A DNA stretch of 64,000 nucleotides from positions 12,922-76,921 of IMG/VR virus record IMGVR_UViG_3300034069_000900, one strand, 5' to 3'. Positions 18,598 through 28,123 of the stretch are shown one piece after another. Positions within the stretch are counted from its first letter, which is position 1. Every line of letters starts with the position of its first letter. The notes below the pieces were generated by a model that did not search any database, was not told the origin of the DNA, and saw only the letters and a list, made by a program, of their open reading frames with translations. This stretch comes from a virus. The position numbers were made by a program, and so were the translations under genes.

Positions 18598-19044
18598 ATG
18601 GCGCTCTATGCTCTGATCGTGGAAGGTCGTGTTCACGACCTTTCCGAGTCCGAGGATCACTGGCCCGCCGGCCTGTTCGATGTCCGCGACGTGTCTGGTG
18701 TGTCCGACGTGAACCGTGGCTGGATCGCTAAGGGTGACGGCAGCTACAGCGCCCCGGAAGCCGTGGCGCCTCCAACTATCGATCCGGTCGTGCCGGGTTC
18801 CGCGACTAAGCTCGGCCTCAAGCGGGCTCTGTCGGAGACCGGAGATCAGGCGGTGTTCTCCTCGCCGCAGTGGCAGGCGGTCAAGGACCTGCTCAGCAAG
18901 GACGCCGACCTGCAAGAGGAATGGGACCTCGCCATTGAGGTGAAGGCGTCCGATCCGGTCGTGCAGGGTGCCGTCAAAGCGCTGAAGTGGAAACCCGCAC
19001 AGGTGACGGCCTTGATCGTCCGCGCTAACGAGTTCGTGGCGTAG
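18598..19044 (+). CDS. tail fibre assembly-like protein
   Basis: MALYALIVEGRV..., located directly after the fibre gene. Confidence 0.55.
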   Translation: MALYALIVEGRVHDLSESEDHWPAGLFDVRDVSGVSDVNRGWIAKGDGSYSAPEAVAPPTIDPVVPGSATKLGLKRALSETGDQAVFSSPQWQAVKDLLSKDADLQEEWDLAIEVKASDPVVQGAVKALKWKPAQVTALIVRANEFVA

Positions 19045-19052
19045 TTTGGGCT

Positions 19053-19700
19053 ATGACGACGAATCTTCTGACCCTTCCGCTAGTGACAGTGGCTTTTCGT
19101 ACAGGAACTAACGAGTCGTGGCGGGACGCGGTGGCTTTCGTCACAGCGGGTTCCATCACGCCGTTCCCTAGTTTTGGTAACACGGGGAATGGCACAGTCA
19201 TGTCACTGAGTATACTACCCGGCGCCTACACGGGAGTCTACACGCTGAAAATGACAAGCGCTACACAGTTTAGTCTGACGGACCCTGACGGGTACCTGAT
19301 AGGCACGGGTGTGGTGAACGTGCCGTTCATGGGTTCGGGCGTCAGTCTCACTCTGCTGCCCGGGACATCCCCCTTCGTCGCTGGGGACATTATCACCTTG
19401 AACGTGCTGCCGCAGCCGATTGACCTCACAGGTATTCGGTTTGTGATGCAGATGCGTACGGCGACACCTTCAGCACAAATCCTTGTGTCGGCAGATACCA
19501 ATGACGGCACGCTTGTCAACGGGGGCACTAGCGGCGTACTCGGGCTGGCGATCGTAGCCTCCACGATGGCTACGGTGCCGATAAGCCCCGACAATACGCC
19601 ACACGTTCTTGACGTCCTGGCTATTGCGGACGGCGACCAGCGTCAGTGTATCACCGGCACCAATCAAGTTGTGGCGGGTATTACGTTCCCCGCGAATTGA
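19053..19700 (+). CDS. hypothetical virion-associated protein
   Basis: Beta-rich, Thr/Gly-rich; QPIDLTGIRFVMQMR resembles BppU/LtfC-like Ig modules. Confidence 0.5.
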   Translation: MTTNLLTLPLVTVAFRTGTNESWRDAVAFVTAGSITPFPSFGNTGNGTVMSLSILPGAYTGVYTLKMTSATQFSLTDPDGYLIGTGVVNVPFMGSGVSLTLLPGTSPFVAGDIITLNVLPQPIDLTGIRFVMQMRTATPSAQILVSADTNDGTLVNGGTSGVLGLAIVASTMATVPISPDNTPHVLDVLAIADGDQRQCITGTNQVVAGITFPAN

Positions 19701-19707
19701 GGGCGCC

Positions 19708-20004
19708 ATGTCATCTTCGATGCGCCCTCTCACACGGCAAGTCTATCAGCGCACCACACACCCCGACCCGACAGCGGGCACGCGCCGCTCCGAGACTTTC
19801 CCCGAGCCAGTCAGCGTTACATCCGGACCCCATCAGACAGGGGGCTTAATCGCCGGGGCCCCCGGCGGCCCCGGCCCGGCAGGACCCAGTGGCCCGGCGG
19901 GGCCTAACGGCCCGGCAGGCCCTCAGGGGCCCATGGGTCCCCAAGGAGTGCAAGGACCCCCCGGCTCGGCGAGCGATGGCGTGGTCGACGGAGGGTTCTT
20001 CTAA
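19708..20004 (+). CDS. short collagen-like fibre protein
   Basis: About 14 Gly-X-Y triplets (GPAGPSGPAGPNGPAGPQGPMGPQGVQGPPG); ends in VVDGGFF. Confidence 0.7.
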   Translation: MSSSMRPLTRQVYQRTTHPDPTAGTRRSETFPEPVSVTSGPHQTGGLIAGAPGGPGPAGPSGPAGPNGPAGPQGPMGPQGVQGPPGSASDGVVDGGFF

Positions 20005-20007
20005 GCT

Positions 20008-21027
20008 ATGACGAACATCATTAAACTCAAGCGTCGTACCAGCGGCACTACCGGTTCACCCGCCTCGCTCAGTTCCGGTGAACCCGCTTTCAACGAAACT
20101 ACCGCAGATCTCAACCTGTACTACGGCGCGGGCGATAATGGCTCGGGGCAGGCGACCAGTATTATGGTGATTGGGGGCTTCGGCTCCGTTTTCAATCAAA
20201 AAGTCACTGCCTTCCGGCTAGACCAGTTTGCCGCTGCAACCGCCCCACTCAGCGGCGTTGATCCGACTCAGCCCTACCATCTTTCCACGAAGAATTATGT
20301 CGACAATGCGATCCAGGGGCAGAGCCCCAAGAACGCAGTCCAGTATGCGACGTATGGTGCGGCTCTACCGGCATATTCCGCTTCAGGTGGGGTACTGACG
20401 GCCACAGCCAATGGCGCACTCGTTGTGGATGGCGCGACTCCTGCCGCCGGCCAGAGCGTCCTCGTGAAGGATGAGCCGGTCCAAGCGAATAACGGCATCT
20501 ACACTGTAACTAATCCGGGCTCGTCTAGCACGGCTTTCGTACTGACGCGCCGGAACGACGCGAATACCTGGGCGGAGATACCGGGGGCTTCAGTATTTGT
20601 TGAAGCCGGCGCTAATAACGCCGAGACAGGTTGGGTCAGCTCCTCACCGATCAACGGCACGATCAACACCACGTCGATCACATTCGTCCAGTTTTCAGCT
20701 GCGGGCACAACCCAAGCGGGCAATGGTCTCACAAAGAGTGGACAGACCCTCTCTGTTCTCGCTGATACGGGTATTTCCGTATCTGCGACGGGTGTGCGCA
20801 TCTCTGCAACATACGCAGGGCAGACGTCCATAACGACACTTGGTACAATCGGCACGGGGACGTGGCAGGGCTCGACAGTAGCCTTGAACTACGGAGGTAC
20901 GGGTGCCAACCTTACAGCGCTGGCCGACGGTTCCATTCTTAAGAAAGTGGGCACCGCTGTTGTAGCGGCCTCGCCGGGCACCGATTATCTCAGTAGCACT
21001 TCAACTGTGGACGGGGGTACATTCTGA
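20008..21027 (+). CDS. fibre/decoration protein
   Basis: N-terminus IKLKRRTSG...SLSSGEPAFN; VLVKDE...NNGIY motif; ends in VDGGTF. Confidence 0.7.
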   Translation: MTNIIKLKRRTSGTTGSPASLSSGEPAFNETTADLNLYYGAGDNGSGQATSIMVIGGFGSVFNQKVTAFRLDQFAAATAPLSGVDPTQPYHLSTKNYVDNAIQGQSPKNAVQYATYGAALPAYSASGGVLTATANGALVVDGATPAAGQSVLVKDEPVQANNGIYTVTNPGSSSTAFVLTRRNDANTWAEIPGASVFVEAGANNAETGWVSSSPINGTINTTSITFVQFSAAGTTQAGNGLTKSGQTLSVLADTGISVSATGVRISATYAGQTSITTLGTIGTGTWQGSTVALNYGGTGANLTALADGSILKKVGTAVVAASPGTDYLSSTSTVDGGTF

Positions 21028-21299
21028 TGGCGATCATCGCAATCAGTAACCTCCGACGCGACCCGGCACTTGCTAACGCCTCGGGGCTCCTCGCAGGTGC
21101 CACAGGTCAGAAAGGGGATTCGGGTCCAGCAGGGCCCGCAGGTCAGGCGGGCGCCTCGGGGGCTGCCGGTCGCGGTATCTCATCCGTCGCCACCGATAAC
21201 AACAACCACCTCATCGTCACCTTTACAGATGGCAGCACGCAGGACATCGGGCCTGTGACGGTACCTCCGCCTTCAGGGGCGGATGGCGGCACCTTCTAG
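21027..21299 (+). CDS. short collagen-like fibre protein
   Basis: GQKGDSGPAGPAGQAGASGAAGRGISSV; ends in ADGGTF. Confidence 0.65.
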   Translation: MAIIAISNLRRDPALANASGLLAGATGQKGDSGPAGPAGQAGASGAAGRGISSVATDNNNHLIVTFTDGSTQDIGPVTVPPPSGADGGTF

Positions 21300-21390
21300 G
21301 CGGCCACTTTCATCCTTGGATACGTTGACCGCTGTGTGATCGCTTCCGCGACCAAGCGCCGTATTCCCCTGCACCCCTACAGGCCCATTC

Positions 21391-23151
21391 ATGGCAGCAC
21401 CTATCCAACTCAAGCGGTCGAAGACTGCCGGCAACACTCCCCCGTCATTGGCGGATGGCGAGGTTGGGATAAACATCCCGGATCGCCTTATGTTTGTTAA
21501 TGACGGCAGCGGCAATCTGCGCACTGTCAACCTCACCTCTGACGCCGAGAAAGTTTCTGCCGGCGCGATCGCAAACGCACTCGGCGGCAAGCTGTCGACA
21601 ACAGGGGATGCATCGCAGACGACGGTAGTGCCGAGCTACTCGGCAGCAGCAGGGACGATTGCTAAGTCTATCTCGCAGTTCCGGTACATCGTCTTTCTAG
21701 AGAATTTCGGCGGGGGTCCCGGTGTCGATAACGGCCCGGCGCTGACGGCTGCGAGCAACTACTGCGCAAGCAACAGCGGCGGCATCATTCAATTGAAGGA
21801 TGGCGTTCGCTATCCCGTCAATAGCGCGGCATCCCTCGGACGCAACATCATCGTCCGAGGCGCGAGTGCGTTTTCGGACCCCGGCAACCCGTTCGGGACC
21901 ACGACGCAATTTTTTACCTACATGCAGCAGACGGGAGCCCTTGTCTTTGGCTCGAACGGCACCATCGCCTTGGGTTCTGGCGGTGGTATGGAAAATGTCT
22001 TTGCGGTTCGGTCGAACCTCAAGCTCGATGGGTCCGATCTGCCGTCGTCGTTCAGCGGGACATGCGTCACCGCCGGCACCTCACAACAGAATGTCGATGG
22101 TACAGTCCTTCGCGGTTGCGCGATCATCGGTTTCGATACAGCACTGTCTGCGACCTACGCATCCCGCCTCCGGCTTGAGAACAATCTAGTCGACTGTAAC
22201 AACGGGTTCTTGATGACCAACAGCGCCGATTTCGGGCGCTTGATCGGCAATCATTTCTACGGCGTGACGCAGGCTGGGGCCACCGGCCACGAGACATTCT
22301 CAAACCGCTCCGGCACTGCTATCGGATTGTACGGGACGTCGGTTGGCGGACTGTATATGCTGAGCAACTTCTCATATGCCTATCAGATCGGGCTGGATGC
22401 ACAGGTCCCCGGTCAGATCACCATCGATCAGCTTTGGATCGACGGCACGTCTACTACCGATGCGCAGTCACGCCCCCTCGTCGCAAGCACTATCGGCATC
22501 CGCTTTGCCGCCGGCAGTTATATGGAGCCGCAAGTCAGCAATCTGCGAATTTGCTGTCAAGGTACGGCGGTGGTGCTTGGGACAAGCACGTCAGGGGCCT
22601 ACCAGTTCACGAACGTCTTTATGTGGGTGAACACCGTCAACTGGAACGTCACGGCCAACAACCTTGAGGTGTCGAACTTCTCAATCCGCGGTTACGACTC
22701 GGGTTTTATCTTCAACAACGCGGCCGCATCCAGCACGGCGAAGTTGATGAACGGCCTGCTGCTGGACCGCAACACGAACGGCTCAAACCCTATCGATGTG
22801 AACGCTGGGGGTGGCGACCCCACCCTCATCTCTGTGTCTCGTTCGGGCTTCCCTTTGGACCTTCAAAACGAGTCCCGCACGACCGTCAGCCCGGACGGCA
22901 ACGGTCTGATCACGATCCCGAACGGCAAGTCGTGGGTCATCGTCACGGGCACGCAGCCTATCGCCAGCATCGCGCCGGCATTCGACGGCTACACTCTTAC
23001 GCTTGAGTTCGCGCAAAGTGGCAACGCGTTCTCAGGTTCGAATTTCCTGCTGGCTGCCGCCTACTCGACCACGAAAACCGGGGCCAACATCACTGTCCGG
23101 TTCAGCCGCAGGCTCGGGCAGTGGATTGAGATCGGGCGCGGCCCTCAGTGA
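21391..23151 (+). CDS. tailspike / polysaccharide depolymerase-like beta-helix protein
   Basis: N-terminus PIQLKRSKTAGNTPPSLADGEVGIN; ENFGGGPGVDNGPALTAA (pectate-lyase-3-like start), followed by Asn/Gly/Ile-rich repeats. Confidence 0.72.
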   Translation: MAAPIQLKRSKTAGNTPPSLADGEVGINIPDRLMFVNDGSGNLRTVNLTSDAEKVSAGAIANALGGKLSTTGDASQTTVVPSYSAAAGTIAKSISQFRYIVFLENFGGGPGVDNGPALTAASNYCASNSGGIIQLKDGVRYPVNSAASLGRNIIVRGASAFSDPGNPFGTTTQFFTYMQQTGALVFGSNGTIALGSGGGMENVFAVRSNLKLDGSDLPSSFSGTCVTAGTSQQNVDGTVLRGCAIIGFDTALSATYASRLRLENNLVDCNNGFLMTNSADFGRLIGNHFYGVTQAGATGHETFSNRSGTAIGLYGTSVGGLYMLSNFSYAYQIGLDAQVPGQITIDQLWIDGTSTTDAQSRPLVASTIGIRFAAGSYMEPQVSNLRICCQGTAVVLGTSTSGAYQFTNVFMWVNTVNWNVTANNLEVSNFSIRGYDSGFIFNNAAASSTAKLMNGLLLDRNTNGSNPIDVNAGGGDPTLISVSRSGFPLDLQNESRTTVSPDGNGLITIPNGKSWVIVTGTQPIASIAPAFDGYTLTLEFAQSGNAFSGSNFLLAAAYSTTKTGANITVRFSRRLGQWIEIGRGPQ

Positions 23152-23234
23152 TCGTGCCCCTCGGCGACATCACTCCCGCCACCGTCGAGTTCAGACGGGC
23201 GGCGCTCTAACCGAGTCGTATCGGAGAAACTTGT

Positions 23235-25499
23235 GTGGCTACACGCCCGATGACCCTTGCCGACTTGTTCGGCGCGGATCTCTCTGCCTTCTGGGACCCG
23301 TTCGACTCCTCAACGATCACCCAATCGGCTGGGTCGATCTCGCAGCTCGGCGACGAGAGCGTGGCGGGTGGCGCGCGGCCGGGCGGTACACCCGTCAACG
23401 CTAACCAGTCCACCCCCGCCACGCAGCCGACCTATTCGGCGACCGGCCTCGCTGGTAACCCTGCGTTCCTGGGAAATGGATCGCAGTATTTCGATATCGC
23501 GCCGGTGACGGGGTTGCCGGTTGGGCAGACCGATGTCACGATGTTCGCGTTGGTGCAGGCGTCTGCGAACTACCAAAACAACTCTATCGTTTTTTCATAC
23601 GGATCTGGAGGCAACGGCAACTATCACCTCTTCGGGTTTGCCAATGGTTATCCGAACTGGTGGTACACCGATCTGGGTGGTGGGTCGGGAGACTTTCACG
23701 GCACATCGGACGTCACGAAGGCGCCTTCGCTCTGCATTCTGTCGCTCGGCACAAGCGGCAGCAATGTCAACGTCGAAATGCGGGTCAACAGCGTTGTCGA
23801 AGCGACGGGCACCGCTAAAAACATCGTTTTTGGTTCTGACGGCGGCCGTCTTCTCGGTACGATCAACGATTACTGCAATCCGGCGGCGTGTGCCGCAGGT
23901 GCGGTCGGCGTGGTTCGCCGGATCATTACCGCCGATGAAAAACAGAAACTTGAAGGCATCCTGTTGTGGCGGCAGGGCGTCCAGACCTCGTCTGGCGGCC
24001 CTCTCCCGTCCTCGCACCCATACTATTCGGCGGCCCCGACCGTCACGACAGGGGGCGGCTCTACGACCGCTTCGCTGGCCGCAACCGAGGCGTCAGACAG
24101 CGCCGCATTCGCGGCAACCACGAACGTCACGGCGAACCTCGCCGCCAACGAGGCGCGCGATACCGCTGCGGTCAGCGCTACCGTTGCAAATCGGGCGACC
24201 CTAGCCACCACCGAGGCTCGCGACACTGCCTCTGTCTCGGCACAGGTTGCCACCCGCATTACGGTTGCCGCCACCGAACCGAGCGACACAGCCGCCTTTT
24301 CTGCGCAGGCGACGAATTCTGCGTCTCTCGCGACGACCGAGCCGTCCGACGTCGCTGCGTTCATGGCCGGCGGGGCGGTCCCTGCGGCGCTGGCTGCGAC
24401 GGAGGGATCAGACACCGCAACGATCAGTGCGGCGACATCGACCCCCGCGAGCCTAGCGGCCACAGAACCCAGCGATATCGCTGCCGTTGCGGTAGGGGCG
24501 ACCACCGCGACAAGCCTCGCGGCTACGGAAGCTTCAGACACGGCCTCATTCTCGGCCAGCGCGAGTACCCCCGCTGCCCTTGCAACGACAGAAACCTCAG
24601 ACACAGCCTCGTTCTCGGCGAGCAGCCAGACTGCATCGGCTCTCGCGGCGACCGAAAGCCCTGACGCATCGGTCATCGCCGTATCGGTCGGCACGAACGC
24701 CACGCTAGCAGCCACGGAGACACCCGACACCGCCGCCATCTCCGCAGGTGGCGCCATCCTCGCCAGCCTCGCGACAACTGAGGGGCGCGACACAGCCTCG
24801 ATGGCGATGACCGTCAGCACGACGGCCAGCCTCGCGGCGACGGAAGGCTCTGACACCGCGGCGATCTCAGCGGGCGGAGCGATCACCGCCAGCCTTGCCA
24901 CTACGGAGACCCCTGACACCGCGAGCTTCGCAGTCTCCGCGCGGACGACGATCAGCCTTGCGGCGACTGAGACGCGGGACACCGCTTCGTTCTCAGCTAG
25001 CGGCACGATCCCTGCCACGCTGGCTGTAACAGAGATGAGCGACGCCGCATCCGTTTTTCTAAGTGCGGCTACGTCCGTCACCCTTGCGGTTACGGAGGCG
25101 GGCGACACAGCCTCGTTTTTCGAAACCGCGCAGACAGGGACTTCGCTCGCAGCGACAGAGGTCCCAGATCGATCCACCATCGCTGTCGCGGCGAACACCT
25201 CATCAGCGTTGGCCGCTACTGAAGTCGCCGATACCGCCGCGATATCCACTTTCGCCGCAACGATGGCGGTTCTCGCGGTCAGCGAGCCCATCGACGTCGC
25301 GGCGATCACGGCGACCGTCTCAGCCGGGATCGTCATCACGGCGACCCTGGCGGCTTCCGAGGCGCCGGACACTGCCGCCATCGGATCGCATGTCTACCCG
25401 CTGCCAGACTTCACGCTGAGCGGCGTGTTCCCCGACGCCATCGCCTTGGCCGGCGTCTTTCCGACCACGATCAGCCTCATCGGCCGCGCGCCGCGCTAG
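23235..25499 (+). CDS. virion adhesin-like protein: lectin/LamG-like N-terminal domain plus about 21 tandem 21-aa repeats
   Basis: FWDPFDSSTITQSAGSISQLGDES...QPTY N-terminal pattern; repeats LAATExxDTAxxx. Confidence 0.7.
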   Translation: MATRPMTLADLFGADLSAFWDPFDSSTITQSAGSISQLGDESVAGGARPGGTPVNANQSTPATQPTYSATGLAGNPAFLGNGSQYFDIAPVTGLPVGQTDVTMFALVQASANYQNNSIVFSYGSGGNGNYHLFGFANGYPNWWYTDLGGGSGDFHGTSDVTKAPSLCILSLGTSGSNVNVEMRVNSVVEATGTAKNIVFGSDGGRLLGTINDYCNPAACAAGAVGVVRRIITADEKQKLEGILLWRQGVQTSSGGPLPSSHPYYSAAPTVTTGGGSTTASLAATEASDSAAFAATTNVTANLAANEARDTAAVSATVANRATLATTEARDTASVSAQVATRITVAATEPSDTAAFSAQATNSASLATTEPSDVAAFMAGGAVPAALAATEGSDTATISAATSTPASLAATEPSDIAAVAVGATTATSLAATEASDTASFSASASTPAALATTETSDTASFSASSQTASALAATESPDASVIAVSVGTNATLAATETPDTAAISAGGAILASLATTEGRDTASMAMTVSTTASLAATEGSDTAAISAGGAITASLATTETPDTASFAVSARTTISLAATETRDTASFSASGTIPATLAVTEMSDAASVFLSAATSVTLAVTEAGDTASFFETAQTGTSLAATEVPDRSTIAVAANTSSALAATEVADTAAISTFAATMAVLAVSEPIDVAAITATVSAGIVITATLAASEAPDTAAIGSHVYPLPDFTLSGVFPDAIALAGVFPTTISLIGRAPR
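24075..25383 (+). repeat. coding tandem repeat, 63-bp (21-aa) period, about 21 degenerate copies
   Basis: For example LAATEASDSAAFAATTNVTAN / LAANEARDTAAVSATVANRAT / LATTEARDTASVSAQVATRIT; the 20th unit carries a 4-aa insertion. Confidence 0.9.
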
Positions 25500-25508
25500 G
25501 AGCCCTCA

Positions 25509-25916
25509 ATGTCTGTGAATTATACGACTACCGTAGCGTCTGCCCGGTTGCAGGTCATGGCTGACTCTGTGGCCAGCAAGACTATCGCTGCCGCCACTGG
25601 AACCGCTACGGCGGGTCAGCTTGTCATCGGCACCTCGGCCCTGTCGGGTTCAACCGGGGTGCTCGTGACCGTGCCGCTGCCCGCCACGGCGTTCACGATC
25701 AGCGGCAAGGTGGCGACACTTCAGGGCGTTCCGCTCAGTGCCACCGCCACCGCTTCCGGCACCGCCGCTCTGGCTGAACTGCGCAACAACGCAGGAACCA
25801 CCATCATCTCCGGCCTGACGGTCGGCACGACGGGAACCGATGTCACGGTAGGTACCACCGCAATTTCCTCGGGCCAGACGGTCACGACGAACTCAGGCAC
25901 CGTTACCCACCCGTAA
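25509..25916 (+). CDS. small virion structural protein
   Basis: Thr/Ala/Gly-rich, GTAALAELRNNAGTTIISGLTVG; GGAG SD. Confidence 0.65.
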   Translation: MSVNYTTTVASARLQVMADSVASKTIAAATGTATAGQLVIGTSALSGSTGVLVTVPLPATAFTISGKVATLQGVPLSATATASGTAALAELRNNAGTTIISGLTVGTTGTDVTVGTTAISSGQTVTTNSGTVTHP

Positions 25917-25926
25917 GGAGACAACT

Positions 25927-26208
25927 ATGGCTTCCCAAATTGATTCCCGCCAGTTCGACGGCACGCTCAAGAGCGCCAAGGACATCTGCGCTTGGGCAGG
26001 CAAGGGCAAGGCCGTTTATGGCCCGTCCTTCGCCACCGAGGACGACCACGACGCCGGCCTGAACCTCCTCGCCGAGGGCAAGGGCGAGGACGGCACCCCG
26101 TTTCCGATCTACACGACCGTCGAGAAGGGCGATTGGGTGCTGCACAACGGCGACAGCTTCGTCGTGTTCACCGACGCTCAGTACCAGTTCGCCTATCCCT
26201 CGAAGTAG
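25927..26208 (+). CDS. hypothetical protein
   Basis: AAGGAG SD and phage-like codon usage; VEKGDWVLHNGDSFVV. Confidence 0.65.
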   Translation: MASQIDSRQFDGTLKSAKDICAWAGKGKAVYGPSFATEDDHDAGLNLLAEGKGEDGTPFPIYTTVEKGDWVLHNGDSFVVFTDAQYQFAYPSK

Positions 26209-26215
26209 GTATAAC

Positions 26216-26992
26216 ATGCTCGGCAGTTGGCTGCCCACTCCGTCGCCGTGCTCCGGCGTATCTGCGGCGATCTCGACATTCCCGGCGGGCGACACCCGCA
26301 CGTGGAGCGTCGCCCTCGCCAAGGATCTGACCGGTTACACGGCGGAATGGCGAATGGGTGTCCCCGTCAGCGGCTCCCTGCCGAGCCTTCTGCCGGTCGC
26401 CTATTCACCGCCCGAGATCGTCGTCTTCAAGACCTCGGCGGCCAACCTCGCCATCGTCAGGAACGGCGACGGCACGTCTACGCTCACATGGACCACGACC
26501 TATGCCGACACGGTCGGTCTCGACCCCGCCCCGTACTGGCATCAGGCCGTTGTAATCGACCCGCAGGGCAACCCGACCACCGTAGTGGAGGGCCGCGTGA
26601 TCCTCACACAATCGCTCCGCGCTCAGTCCTTCAGCGAAGGTCCAGTGCCGCTGTCCAACCCGCCGACGATCTCGTTTGGGGTATGGCAAGGCGACAGCAC
26701 GCCGCCGCAAACCTGGGGCTTCCAAAACCCGGATGGGTCGCTGATTGACCTGACCGGCTCCGTCCTCGTGCTCACGGTGATGGTCGGGGGCTCGCTCCTG
26801 CTGTCGGCTCGCTCTGACGATGGAACAGGTGCCCTCACCGCCAACGTCGCCACCGCCACGGTGACGTGGAACTATACCAGCGCACAGAGCCTAAGCATCC
26901 CGACGAGCGGGGCGACCTATCAGCTCCACCGACTGATCGGGGGCACGACGCAGCTTTGGGCTCACGGCAGCGTGGTTGGGTTGACGCCATGA
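26216..26992 (+). CDS. hypothetical virion protein with two BppU/LtfC-like modules
   Basis: FPAGDTRTW..DLTGYTAEW and WQGDST..W.FQNPDGSLIDLTGS are internally repeated modules. Confidence 0.55.
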   Translation: MLGSWLPTPSPCSGVSAAISTFPAGDTRTWSVALAKDLTGYTAEWRMGVPVSGSLPSLLPVAYSPPEIVVFKTSAANLAIVRNGDGTSTLTWTTTYADTVGLDPAPYWHQAVVIDPQGNPTTVVEGRVILTQSLRAQSFSEGPVPLSNPPTISFGVWQGDSTPPQTWGFQNPDGSLIDLTGSVLVLTVMVGGSLLLSARSDDGTGALTANVATATVTWNYTSAQSLSIPTSGATYQLHRLIGGTTQLWAHGSVVGLTP

Positions 26993-27648
26993 GCGGGTCG
27001 TCGGTCGTTCGCGTCACCGTCGCGTCGCCCGTGCCGGTGATCCGCGTCGCAGCGCCGACGATGCCGGCGGTCGTGCGGGTTCAGTCGCTAGGGACACAGG
27101 GACCGGCGGGGCAGCAGGGCCTACCTGGCTACGCCAAGCGCTTCGGCACCATCGATTATACCGACAACGATCGGATGGTCATCGACGCCAACAGCAACGT
27201 CGTGAGCGGCGCTCCGTTCGTTCTGCCGCCGGGGCAGTGGATGCCTGTCCTGCGCCATCTCACACCCTCGGCCGCAAACTTCAATCTGCCGTCCGGCCCT
27301 TGGACTAACTTTGTATTCTGGGACAATGCGACATCGACCCTGCGCGCTCGCGCTGTCGGCGACGTCCTGCTGTTCAAGTTCAGCTATGTCGTGGTGCCAT
27401 CTCAGCGGGGCGGGGGGCTTCGGTTCTCCGTTCGGCCGAACGACGATATCACCTTCGAGTTCGGCCCCGACCCTATCGCTCTGACCGCCGATGCGGGGGA
27501 GACGCAGCCTGGTTCGGAAACCTTCTCGGAGCAGTGCCGGACGCGCTTCGTGAACAATGGAGCCACCGTCTACCTGATGGCGACGTCAGGGGCGACGCTA
27601 CTCGAATTCTCGCCCGAAGTGACGCCCCTCGACTTCGCCGTGCCATGA
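26989..27648 (+). CDS. hypothetical virion protein
   Basis: ATGA overlap with the upstream stop; short GTQGPAGQQGLPG segment. Confidence 0.6.
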   Translation: MSGSSVVRVTVASPVPVIRVAAPTMPAVVRVQSLGTQGPAGQQGLPGYAKRFGTIDYTDNDRMVIDANSNVVSGAPFVLPPGQWMPVLRHLTPSAANFNLPSGPWTNFVFWDNATSTLRARAVGDVLLFKFSYVVVPSQRGGGLRFSVRPNDDITFEFGPDPIALTADAGETQPGSETFSEQCRTRFVNNGATVYLMATSGATLLEFSPEVTPLDFAVP

Positions 27649-28115
27649 CCATCCCCATCGGCTTCGATCAGGCTTCCGGTTCGCTCGTCATCGTGGGCAA
27701 CGGGGTGTTTCCACCCCGGTCCCTGACGGCGCAGTGGTCCAGCGTCATGCCGGGTTACATCCAGATCAACGATCTTGGCGGTCGCGGCGAGCAGATGGTG
27801 ATCTGGTCGGACGTCACCAACCTTGACCAGTCGTTCACGCCGAACGGGCAGGGAGAGGCGATCGCCTACTTGCTGGCTGAGTTCTCGAAAGGTCCTGTTA
27901 CCGGTTCATCTGAGCACAACTACGCCCTGCCGGCCTCGGCCGGTCAGCCTGTCTTCCCACTGAGCCCTGCCCCCGTAGACGTCAACACGGTGACCCTCGT
28001 GGTCAATGGTGTTGCCTACTACCCACCGGACACTGCCGTCTCATCCCTTGCTGTCGCGTGGCAAGGACCGTTCCCGCTAGATCCAACCGACGTGATCCGC
28101 GTCGCTTATTTCTGA
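27645..28115 (+). CDS. hypothetical virion protein
   Basis: ATGA overlap; C-terminal TLVVNGVAY...DVIRVAY Ig-like motif shared with the next gene. Confidence 0.6.
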   Translation: MTIPIGFDQASGSLVIVGNGVFPPRSLTAQWSSVMPGYIQINDLGGRGEQMVIWSDVTNLDQSFTPNGQGEAIAYLLAEFSKGPVTGSSEHNYALPASAGQPVFPLSPAPVDVNTVTLVVNGVAYYPPDTAVSSLAVAWQGPFPLDPTDVIRVAYF

Positions 28116-28123
28116 GGTGACCT

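Noticed and set aside
19860-21180. Collagen-like repeats as a sign of eukaryotic gene transfer
   Set aside because: Short Gly-X-Y tracts are common in phage fibres and fit the surrounding tail module.
24075-25383. CRISPR-like or DGR repeat (63-bp periodicity)
   Set aside because: The repeats are in-frame, conserved at protein level and degenerate at synonymous sites. There is no reverse transcriptase or adenine-specific TR/VR pair in the window.
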